DNA of 63,073 nt, the filler included, from Folioceros fuciformis (Eukaryota): the NCBI GenBank assembly GCA_049999805.1. It is 8 parts of 8 records of this genome, joined end to end, with 100 filler letters (N's around TTAATTAATTAA, not from the genome) between each part and the next. Parts side by side here need not be neighbours in the genome. Positions count along the whole stretch, not along the records: positions 52,765 to 61,623 come from JBNGIO010004661.1; positions 61,724 to 63,073 come from JBNGIO010004667.1; 6 more parts are not named here. One strand, given 5' to 3'. The translations under genes were made by a program, and so were the position numbers. The notes under the pieces are model-generated. The model was given only the letters and a program-made list of their open reading frames with translations, ran no database searches and had not been told where the DNA came from. Position 1 is the stretch's first letter, and the number at the start of each line of letters is the position of its first letter. Positions 52,765 to 63,073 of this stretch are shown here, in pieces.

Positions 52765-53837
52765 TGACAACAAGGAGGTATTGGTAGAGTACATGCCTAC
52801 AGGTGAGAATGTAGCAGATCTACTTACGAAAGCCTTGCCTAAATCTGTACATGAGAGGCACACATTTGCTGCTGGTCTACGACAGATTCCAGCTGTGCTC
52901 AAGGTTGGAATAGCTCACTAATTGCTAATAGTCTGTAACTTGGTGCAGGTGTAGCTTGGGGGGTAGTCTTGCTCTTCCACTTCTTGCAGAGTGTTCTTCT
53001 TCATTCCTTTTTCCTAGCTCAACGTTTGTTTGCCCTAACTTTTCTTTGTCACTTGCAGCACCCTTTCCCATGAGTTGGTCTTCAATGTTCACCCCAGACC
53101 TCCATTTCCAGCTGTAGTTTGTTCTTTTTTTTTAGATGCAACATCTAACCTTGCAGTCTGCTTACCTGTTGTCTTTCTTTTCACGTCACCAACAATGAGA
53201 GTTTTGAGGACATAGCAAGTTAGATTCTCTTCGTTTGAGTCCATGGGTAGGGGAGTGCTCATGATCCTTAGGAAGTCTTTGGGTGTTATATCACCCCTCT
53301 CTCATTAGGACCAGGCTTGAGGAGGTCAACATGTGAAGTAGCGTGCAGTTGCGTGGACGCCCGAAGTAATCAAGCTCTTGCTTTCTATTGGCGGCTTCAG
53401 CTTGGGATGTCTTCACCAGCTCTGTGACTTTGGATGGAGCATCAAACTACACATCAACTAAGTGGGAGTAATGGTAGATAAAAAGAAGCATAGGACTTAC
53501 CTTGCAGTTAGTGTAGTTGCCCGTGTAGTTACAACAGTTATGAAAACCGTCTTCATCCATCTGTACTTAAGAGCATCTCTGTGCATCAATCGGTCTCTTT
53601 CTCTGAATACATTTTTGGCTTCACATGATCGTTCTCTTGCTTGCTTCATAGTGCTTCTAGTAGATGGGGTTAGGAATACTTTACATACCAGTAGAGATCG
53701 GTCTAGCTCAGTCGGGAGGTGCACGCGCTCATGCTGAGAAGCATTTGGCACTCACGCTGAGAAGAACTTTGACCTGCCTGATAATTTGGCAGCTGAGGTG
53801 GAGAAGGGGCCAATTCCTATGGATCCGAAGCAGGATT
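52765..53837 (+). mobile_element. Copia RNase H end plus an extended 3' region
   Basis: VLVEYMPTGENVADLLTKAL motif, then ~0.9 kb without a sense ORF. Confidence 0.75.
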
Positions 53838-55268
53838 TGTTAGAAATCCGTAGGGTTTGTGCAACACATCTAAACTAGAATGTAGAGAGTGTATGTTTTA
53901 TCCTCATCAAAGTATAGTCATGCTTAAAGGCTATGTATGTATGTGTGGACTATCAATCTAATTGTACTCAACCAAGGATTGATCTTGGGACTCACTCTTT
54001 TCTAACATGGTATCACAACCCAGGTTCTAAGCTCCAACTTCTAAGACGGGTGTCCTTTGTTGGTTGAGATACATACTCAGTGCTAGCTCCAAGTTCTAGG
54101 ATAGCTGTCCTTTGTTGGTTGAGATACATACTCAGCGCTAGCTCCAAGTTCTAGGATGGGTGTCCTTTGTTGGTTGAGATACATACTCAGCGCTAGCTCC
54201 AAGTTCTAGGACGGCTGTCCTTTGTTGGTTGAGATGCATACTCAACGCTAGCTCCAAGTTCTAGGACGGCTGTCCTTTGTTGGTTGAGATATATACTCAG
54301 CGCTACCTTTTGTAGGACTATTATCTCTTGCTTCTTCTTGCGTTGTTCGTGGCTATGCAGACTAGGTGTCTGTAAGAGCTTGTATGCAAGTTAATGAAGC
54401 TTGATTGTAGTTATCAGTGCAAGAGAGTTGTTTTTTTTTTGTCTCCAACAGAGTGCAAATGGAGACTACGCTAGTAGTGGAGACATTCATAGGCAATAAC
54501 TTTAGCCTATGGAAGCGGAAGGTAAGGTTGATACTTGCCCATAGAGGACTACTGGAATTTGTTGATGAAGGTCTAGGACAGGCACCCACCGCGGAAGACA
54601 AGCAAAATGATGCAAAAGCATTGTCAATAATCCTTCTAAGTGTGTTTGATGACATACTTTCACAAGTGGATGAAGATGCAATTGCAAGGGAAGCTTGGAT
54701 GACTCTTTGCAATATATATGACAAGAAGACCATGGTGAGCCAACTGTTGTTGACATGTCATCATGCAAAGGAATGTAAAACCAAGTTGGCAAACTTGAAG
54801 AAGGAGAAATCATCTCTAGCCAATGAAGTTAGCGACAAAAACCTAAAGGAACAAGCATTTGTGTGCTTCAGTCATAGGGATGAAATCCCTTCATCACGTA
54901 AGGATGAGAGTCTTTATCTTGACTTTGGTGCATCCCAACATTTTAGCTATGAGCTTCCTTGGTTCACAAGCGATGCACAACTCCCAGCAAGCCAAACTGT
55001 GGCACTTGGTGACAATACATCACAAGACATTAAGGGAAAAGGTGATTTACATGTCCAATTGCAGGACGAAACCTCTGCACGTATTCAAGATGTGCATTAT
55101 GTATCTAATCTTGCACAAAATCTTCTTTCTGTTGCAAAAATTGCAAATGCAGATCATGAGGTTGTGTTTAATTCTATCAGCTGTCGCATCCAAATTGTAC
55201 ACCTTGAGCCGTCACACACCTCTATTGCTGCATGTGGTGTTCGTGTGGGGAATCTGTACAAATTATAA
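53838..55268 (+). mobile_element. 5' part of a Copia element: 170-bp LTR, PBS, leader tandem repeat, deleted gag and protease
   Basis: LTR 53838-54007 has perfect 9-bp inverted ends TGTTAGAAA/TTTCTAACA. PBS TGGTATCA at 54008; gag FIGNNFSLWKRKV; protease YLDFGASQH; YVSNLAQNLLSV. Confidence 0.88.
54029..54305. repeat. 55-bp tandem repeat x5 in the Copia leader
   Basis: GCTAGCTCCAAGTTCTAGGACGGCTGTCCTTTGTTGGTTGAGATACATACTCAGC with period 55. Confidence 0.95.
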
Positions 55269-55498
55269 TGACGTCTGAAATAAATCGGGTCTTTCCTCAA
55301 ACCTTTCTTTTGCTTTTTCTTTCACACAAAACCCTACGCGACACCCTCCAAATCTCAAGTGATCTACATGACTCCATGTTTCAATGTGAACTGTTGACTT
55401 AACCCATTTTGAAAACCCAAATTGTGAATGGGCTAATGTTCAGGAACAAGGCGATCATGAACTACATCTTCTAAAAGACAGATATTTGAATTACACAT

Positions 55499-58400
55499 TG
55501 TTGGGTATAGCATGCTATGCAGTTAAATGTTGTGTCCGAGGACACCGTGAGGCGCACACAAACCCTCTATGTCGTTGTAGCCATGGGATTCGCTCCCAAG
55601 GGAATGATTTGTGCCAAGTATCACAGGTTTCTTCTGATACTGACTCTTACCTAGGTCAAGCCCTATCCACTACCGTTTCTACTACCCACTAGCTCCCTAC
55701 CAATACCCCCGGTTAGCCTAGCTACCGCGGACCCTACTCTACGACTCTGGTCCTTATTCTACGACCGCGGTCACTGGTTCCACGACCGGTAGTGGTCTCC
55801 ACGACCGTGGTGGGTCCCACCCAAAACCCTAACTAATATTTTCCGGCGTATGCGCCACCGCGGGTTTCTGCCGAGGGGCTTCCCGACTCACAGGTCGGGT
55901 CTTATTGGGTACCCCTCACATATGCACCTATTGAGCCTTGGGAACCAAGACCCTGTGGATCAACCACGCTCCCCACACGCACATGCAACACCCTTCACGC
56001 ATGCAACCACATAAGAACTCTGGTGGACACCTATTCCTCACAAGTCCGTCCCCCAGGCGTCTTCACTCCTCCAAAAATATTCGCAAATGTCCAACAATCT
56101 CTCAACAATCTTCCATACTCACTCAGCACATAAAGAAATCGAAGCCTCAACCTGAGACGTTTTCAGAGCAGGAAGTAATTCTTAATTCAATTCTACATAT
56201 TAAGAGTACAGTTTTGGAGTATACTACCAGGATTGATAACGTGTTGTCCAGGCAAGAGAAACTTGAGAGTCTTCGTGTTTCAGACCTGATGGCACTTGCA
56301 AAACAGGAGCAGGAGATTATTAAACTCAGGGAGCAATTAACTCACCTGTCTAAAGCTTCCTAGGAACTCTCACTGAAGCGGCTCGCAGGCACAATGTCGG
56401 GTGGTACTGCTGACATATCGTCAGACAGGCTGCAAGAAAAGGTCAGACTTACCCCGAATAATTATGATGGCTGGAGTTTCAGGGTGCGTTGCATCCTAGA
56501 AGAAAAAGTGCTCATGGATATCGTAGATGGCACTTTACCTAAGAAGGTTGCTGGAATGCCCTCTGGATTGACAACACCAGGAGGCATAGTTAAGAATTAG
56601 AACTTAAAGGACGAACTAGAGTGGGCGTCCAAGGACAGGAAGGCACGTACCATACTTGTGTCTTCTGTCTCACAGGAGATGATCCCTCATATAAAACTGA
56701 CCCAGTCCTCAAATGAAGTCTGGTCACTTTTATCTGAGACTTATGAGTCAAAAGACATGATGACTGAGGTAGCTGCAACACTGCACCTCCAAAATCTTTG
56801 CATGAAAGAGACCGACTTTGTTGAGAGTCACGTTGCTAAGTTTAGGGCTGCTAGAGCCAAACTAGCATCTTGCAGAGTCATCCTGTCTGAGTCTAGGGCT
56901 GCTTTATAGCTACTAGCCTCACTCCCTCCTAGTTATGAGCAATTCAGTTCCAATCAGCAAGCAACAACAATTGTAGTTCCTGCCACTGCCACTCAGCCTG
57001 CATCATCAAACCTCACTGTTCAGAAAGTTGTTGGAGCCCTGTTACAGGCTGAAGCCAATAGGAAACATATGCAAAAGGGAGCATCCCCTAGTTCTTACAA
57101 GCAGAGTGACACTGCCCTCTATTCTGTCAGAGGTCGAGGTAGAGGCAGGGGACATGGACGAGGTGGGAGAGGGGGTTTTGGAAGAGGACATGGACAGTCC
57201 TTCCGGCCCAACTCAAACTCCTCTTCATTAACCAAGCCTGGTAACTGCAATTACTGCAACAAACTAGGACTAAGGTTAAAGATTGCAGGAAGAGGATCAG
57301 AGACGAAGTAGCTAAAGGTAAGCACACATCAGAATCAAATATAGCCAGAGCAAGCACTCCTAGTCTATTGGTGGCATGCCTTACCTCATCAAAGAAAGGA
57401 TGTCGGAAGTGGTTCCTTGATAGTGGTGCCTCAAACCACGTGTGCTCAAAGAGAAAGTCATTTCTTACTTATGAGTCTTCCCTCATTTGCCAACAAACTG
57501 CAGTAGTATTGGGAGATTATTCTACAATACCCATCAGGGGTTCTGGAACTATACAGATTACCTTGAAGGATGGCAGTTTCCTGTTCTTAGAAAATGCTCT
57601 ACATGTTCCAGCAATTGCTAAGAATTTGGTTAGTACAATGGCACTTGGAAAGACGAATCAATACAGGATAACTTTTGAAAGCACGGAATGTTACATTTCG
57701 AGGCTGTCACCTCCAATTGTTCCCATTGCACGAGGAAAGCCACTCTTTGATCTCTATCTTATGGATTTTATATCATATGTACCTCCAGTGTCTGCAACTA
57801 CATCAAGTGCATCAACTCCAGACAAGTTAGCTACGAGTGCCTTTAAGTGGCACTGTAGGTTGGGGCATCCAAATATCAAATCTATGGGAAGACTGCTGAA
57901 AGAGAAAATGGTAACTGGATTTAGTGAAGCTAAGTTACCTGACCTTGATCTGTGCATTGTTTGTGTAAGTGGTAAACAATCCAAATCACATTTTGGAAGT
58001 GAAAAACCTCGCAAGGCAACTGAGCTGTTAGATTTGGTCCACACAGATATTTGCGGACCAATGTCATTTAACTCATGGGGAGGAGCAAGGTATTTTGTGG
58101 TGTTTGAAGATGACAGGTCTCACTTTACTGTCATTGAACTTCTTCATCAGAAGAGTCAGGTCTTCGACAGCTTCAAAAGATACCTAGCATATGTAGAGAG
58201 GCAGATTAGACTGAAGCTAAAATGTATACGTTCTGATAATGCAAAGGAGTACTTATCTAAGGCCTTCTAGGAATTTTGTCAGGAGAGGGGGATCACTCAT
58301 CAACTCACCATACCATATCATTTAGACATGAATGGACGTGTAGAAAGGAGACACAGGACTATTCAAGATTCTGCCAGGGCACTTCTCTTTCAGGGGAGGT

Positions 58401-58632
58401 TACCAATCCGCTTCTATTCAGAAGCTGTACAAGTAGCAACGTACCTATAGAATAGGATAGCAGTCTCCTCTCTTCAAGGTTGTACTCCATTTGAAGCCTG
58501 GACTGGCAGTAAGCCTAATCTGTTGCACCTTCGTGTCTTTGGTAGTACAGCCTATGCACATATCCCAGATAAGTTGCCTTAGAAGTTTTCCTTTAAGTCC
58601 AAGAGACATATCTTCATAGGGTACACTAAGAA
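55499..58632 (+). mobile_element. Third Copia element: leader, gag, protease and integrase, truncated
   Basis: RLTPNNYDGWSFRV, an RGG-rich segment and CNYCNK, WFLDSGASNHVC, WHCRLGH, LDLVHTDICGP, IRSDNAKEY, LRVFGS. Several stops. The 5' boundary is approximate. Confidence 0.88.
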
Positions 58633-59434
58633 CCCTAAGAAAAAGAAGAAAACACACACAACAAGAGAAAAAGAGAACAATCCAAGAAACCAAACGCACT
58701 CATGTGACACACAAAATCGATAAAACACATTAGGAAAGAAAAGAGAAATGCAACCAAAGAAGAGAGAGAATACATTCAACAAAAACAAAAAGTGGAGAGA
58801 AGAGGGGACCAAAGGGGAAGAGAGCAAAAGTGAAAATGTACCTCAGTATATTAGCTTAGCCAAGAGTGCTTAGGCTAATTTATAATGGTTATGTACTTCG
58901 TATGTCTATCAATTAGGGTTTCAAATTCATTTTAGGCATTCATTTTTTAATTTATTTTTCAAATACTTTGAAGTATTTTTTTAAACCTTTTATATGGTCT
59001 ATATATATATATATATATATATATAGGGTTTAGGGTATTTATATATAGGGCAACCCTAAACTCATGCACCAGTCCTTCGTGATCGCATGCTACTCGAAGG
59101 CAAACAAACGTAGCATGCATTGGGCTGAATAACATCCCCTCAAAACAAGTACTTAGTCTAGTACTAGTCTTGTGACCTCCCCAGAATAGCCACATAACAT
59201 ATGAGGGCAGTGCCCGACATATTATTGATATTATTAAGCATGGATGATAAATTTTGATTATGATGTCAATTTCATGCAAGTATGATAACCCATACATGTT
59301 CAAGGGATGCTAAGCGAAAGAAGAAACGTAAAAGATTGATAAAACTTTTTGAATGGGATCCAAATAACCGTAATCGATGGTATGTTCAGGCTATTCTTAG
59401 GTAGCCCGATTGTCACTGGCAACCCCGTAATGCC
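58633..59434. repeat. Non-coding dispersed repeat, copy 1 (non-autonomous DNA-transposon-like)
   Basis: Colinear with 61815-62587. Contains (TA)n-TAGGGTTTAGGGT and ends GGCAACCCCGTAATGCC. Confidence 0.85.
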
Positions 59435-60459
59435 TTGAAGGCTCCTCTTTTTGTTATTTGTGTGGTAGCACACTCTCATTTACATCAATTTTATTATAAT
59501 TATTTTCTTTTATTTTATTTTGTAAGGAAAGAAGCACCACAACCGCGCTTGCTTACACACATAAGTGCATTGCCACAAACTTGAACTTGTATTTTGACAT
59601 AAAAACATAAAATAAAAACATTAATATATTATAAATTACAAGAGTGAATTTTGAAATGCAAATATGTAAATTATATATGTATGTAATTATATGTGTATGT
59701 ATGTGGATGTCAATTATACATGTATGCAAATCCGCAAGCTCTGCCTTCAGGAAGTTGGCCTCAAAGTTTTTGTACCCTCATGCTGCTAGTAAGGACTTTG
59801 CTCCATCATCACCCTGACATCCTTACTCTGGAGTTCTCTGGTATGCTTCTGGCTCCATCCCGTCAGCTCGATTTTAGCGTCCGGATAACCTGTCACGAGA
59901 ACAGCATGTGTAATGAAGGACAGCAGCGGGCAGCACTTGGATGGTTGCAAAGGAGGACAGAGGAAATGATGTAACCTTGCGACTCGAGGGCCAGCTCCAC
60001 CGCGCCACTATAGCGCCCCCCAATGCTCGCCGATCGCTGCCCACATTCTATCCTCCTCCCCTGACGTTGCCTAGCAGGTGCGTGCCCGAAATCGCCGTGT
60101 TGTAGCCTGTTGACACAAGGTATAGAGACACTGGCAGATGAGCAAACTGCTGGCGCAGACTGTGTGCCATTGCTAACCAGCTGTCCTGCGAACTGGACCG
60201 GGATTTGCACTTCAACCAATAACCGCTGTTCCCATGGACGACAAGGCTATCTTTGTGTGGAACGTAGCGTCGGGACTGGTACGAGTCAAGTAACAGAAAG
60301 CTGGATGATATCGTTTCGCCTTTGAGGAATTCACGCCGTTACCCAAGCATTGTTGTCGGTTGCTACTGGAACAGATGCCAAAATCAGGAGGCGACCGCTG
60401 GTTGTGGAATTGCGGACGCATTGTGGACATCTAACTTGGTGGCAGGGATGCCACAGTGC

Positions 60460-61623
60460 ATGGCATCCATAACCAGTACGAACTTCCTGCCTCCTGGCAG
60501 GCTGTGTGGCAGATTTTGCAGAGATTTATGCAAGACCATTGAGCCTGGAAGGGGAGGGCTCCGTGTTCTAGGGAGTGCCTCACCAACGTGCAACTGGAGA
60601 ACAGAAGTGGGAGGAAGCGATGTCTGTTCACCGAGGAGGAAATGTTGGCCAGATGTGATTAGACGAAGGCTGCAATATCAATCAACGTCTTCCAATGGGC
60701 GTATACACTGGACATGGATCCCAATTTGAAAGTGGTGAGCGATGCACCTTTGCTAGGGACTCTACGAGAATGTGGAGAACAGGATACCGCGACTTTCCAC
60801 TTCCCAGGTCATGGAAGGGGGAAAGCTGCCCCTCCTGATTTGCTTGAGATCTTGGGCCACGGCCCCTTTCGGCATGACCTACCAGACCTTCCTGAGCTTG
60901 ACAACCTTTTTGCTCCGGAGGAAGCTATTAGAGATGCACAAGCAAAGGCAGCAAATTTGTTTCGAGCTGATTACACCTTTTTCCTGGTGAATGGCTCAAC
61001 TTGTGGTATTCACGCAGCAGTGATGGCAACCTGTGGCACTGGCCACTACCTTGTCCTACCCAGGAGCTGCCACATGTCTGCAGTGTCTGGCCTGGTCCTT
61101 TCAGGAGCTCTGCCCAAGTACGTCATGCCTGTCTATGATCCACTCTGGGGTATTTCTCATGGCGTCTCGCCCATTGCAGTAGATGAAGCAATCTGTGAGG
61201 TGAAGAAAACCGGCGGACGAGTTGGAGCAGTGCTTGTTGTTTCTCCAACCTACTTCGGGGTTTGCAGTGATGTGGCTTCTATAGCCAGAGTATGCCACCG
61301 TCATGGTGTCCCTCTCATTCTGGATGAAGCCCACTGAGCCCATTTCAAGTTCCATCAGGACTTCCCTCCCACAGGACTTGAGCTGGGCGCCGACTTAGCC
61401 GTCCAGTCCACCCACAAAGTACTAGGCTCATTCACCCAGTCTGCTATGCTGCATCTCAGGGGACCAAGGGTGAGCCAAGAGCGGGTGAGACGGTGCCTAC
61501 AGGTCCTGCAGAGTTCTAGCCCCAGCTATCTTCTCCTTTCTTCCTTGGATGCAGCACGGGCTCACATGTCCGAAGCAGGCCCCACAGCTTTTGCTGACGC
61601 AATTGCCCTTGCTCAATATGCAA
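60460..61623 (+). pseudogene. Bacterial-type Orn/Lys/Arg decarboxylase (fold-type I PLP enzyme), disrupted and cut by a gap
   Basis: FHFPGHGRG, DLPDLPELDNL, FFLVNGSTCG, RSCHMSA, SPTYFG, LILDEAH*AHF (TGA for the conserved Gly) and QSTHK (PLP lysine). The transit-peptide-like MASITSTNF.. at 60460 is out of frame. Confidence 0.88.
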
Positions 61624-61723
61624 NNNNNNNNNNNNNNNNNNNNNNNNNNNNNNNNNNNNNNNNNNNNTTAATTAATTAANNNNNNNNNNNNNNNNNNNNN
61701 NNNNNNNNNNNNNNNNNNNNNNN

Positions 61724-62782
61724 CTCTAAGAGGAAACACGATAGATAGAAACAATGGAAGAAGGAAAAAAGCACTTAGGTCAAACATATTAGAAAGAGAA
61801 GAGACAATAAAGGGCCCTAAGGAAAAGAAGAAAACACACATAACAAGAGAAAAAGGGAACAATCCAGAAAACCAAATGCACTCATGTGACACACAAAATC
61901 GATAAAACACATTAGGAAAGAAAAGAGAAACGCAACCAAAGGAGAGAGAGAATACATTCAACAAAAACAAAAACGTGGAGAGGAGAGGAGAGGAGAGGGG
62001 ACCAAAGGGGACGAGAGCAAAAGTGAAAACGTACCTCAGCATAGTAGCTTAGCCAAGAGTGCTCAGCTCAGGCTAATTTATAATGGTCATGGTCATGTAC
62101 TTCGTATGTCTATCAATTAGGGTTTCAAATTCATTTAGGGCATTCATTTTTTAATTTATTTTTCAAATACTTTGAAGTGTTTTCTTTAAACCTTTCATAT
62201 ATATATATATAGGGTTTAGGGTATACATATAGGGCAACCCTAAACTCATGCACCAGTCCCTCGTGATCGCATGCTACTCCAAGGCAAACAAACAAACGTA
62301 GCATGCATCGGGCTGAATAACATCCCCCCAAAACGAGTAGCTAGTCTAGTACTAGTAGTGTCTTGTGATCTCACGAGAATAGCCACATAACATACGAGGG
62401 CAGTGCCCGACATGGTATTGATATTATCAAGCATGGATGATAAATTTTGATTATAATATCAATTTCATGCAAGTATGACAACCCATACATGTTCGAGGGA
62501 TGCTAAGCGAAAGCGAAAGAAGAAGACATAGAAGATTGAGAAAACTTTATGAATTGGATCCAAATAACCGTAATCGATGGTATGTTTGGTCTATTTTTAG
62601 GCAACTGATTTTTTTTTTGGAAGTAATTTGCATGATTTTGAAAACTTGGAAAACTCTTAGTACTTATAAATAAGAAAATAAATAAAAGTATTTTAAGATT
62701 AAAAGAAATGGAGATTAATTGTACATTAAAAATGTTTTAGATAAAAGAACTCATAGAAGAGAAAAGAAAAGATAGTCCTTCC

Positions 62783-62832
<50 letters not shown>

Positions 62833-63070
62833 TAGGATTTTATAAGATATTGTTTTAGTTTTAAATTTGCATGGATCCGAATTTTGAAATGAAGTCCTCA
62901 ACTGCACGACTTGCTATTATTACATCATGACGTTGCAGGTCGACGGCATCGCATCTTGCCTTCCTACCGCAGTGCCCTTCATCGATGAAGTCCATATCAT
63001 TTAATTTTCTTTTCTTTGCATTTATAATTTCACGCATACGCCGATCGTCGCGGCAACCCCCTAAAATGCC
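61724..63070. repeat. Non-coding dispersed repeat, copy 2, longer, with a (GA)n tract
   Basis: Matches 58633-59388 over 61815-62587. (GA)n at ~62787-62826. Ends GGCAACCCCCTAAAATGCC, like copy 1. Confidence 0.8.
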
Positions 63071-63073
63071 ATA

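Noticed and set aside
54029..54305. Regular repeats as a CRISPR array (also 31087-32412)
   Set aside because: Units are head-to-tail with no unique spacers, there are no cas genes, and the context is eukaryotic TE sequence.
60714..61623. Decarboxylase as recent horizontal transfer or contamination
   Set aside because: It has a transit-peptide-like leader and plant-type flanking repeats, and homologs occur in other plants. It cannot be claimed without a phylogeny.
58633..63070. The two repeat copies as ends of a Pack-type element carrying the decarboxylase
   Set aside because: The copies are in direct, not inverted, orientation and are separated by an artificial spacer.

Overview
Nuclear DNA of a land plant. 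The short introns and a WW-type PLS-class PPR gene suggest a seed-free plant such as a hornwort (inference). The window is stitched from at least 8 pieces joined by artificial 100-bp spacers (N44-TTAATTAATTAA-N44), so adjacency across those spacers is unreliable. The first ~31 kb is gene-dense. It holds a divergent secreted Gnk2/DUF26 protein, a dual-specificity phosphatase, MIRO GTPase, RPS11, a decayed CRE-like non-LTR element, a SKP2-type F-box gene with uORFs, a candidate miRNA-like hairpin, an extensin-like protein, an unusual IGT (LAZY/DRO/TAC1) gene, a 1081-aa PPR editing-factor-like gene and a plasma-membrane H+-ATPase truncated by a gap. The last ~32 kb is mostly decayed transposon sequence: several Copia elements, tandem arrays and dispersed repeats. 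It also contains gene relics (CIPK-like kinase, intron-bearing COX10 fragment, NLR start, Orn/Lys/Arg decarboxylase). The best leads are an antisense spliced accessory gene inside a Copia element, the IGT gene with a degenerate CCL plus an N-terminal CCL-like motif, the WW-type PPR lacking a DYW domain, and the hairpin at 16.9 kb. All family assignments come from motif recognition by eye; no searches were run.
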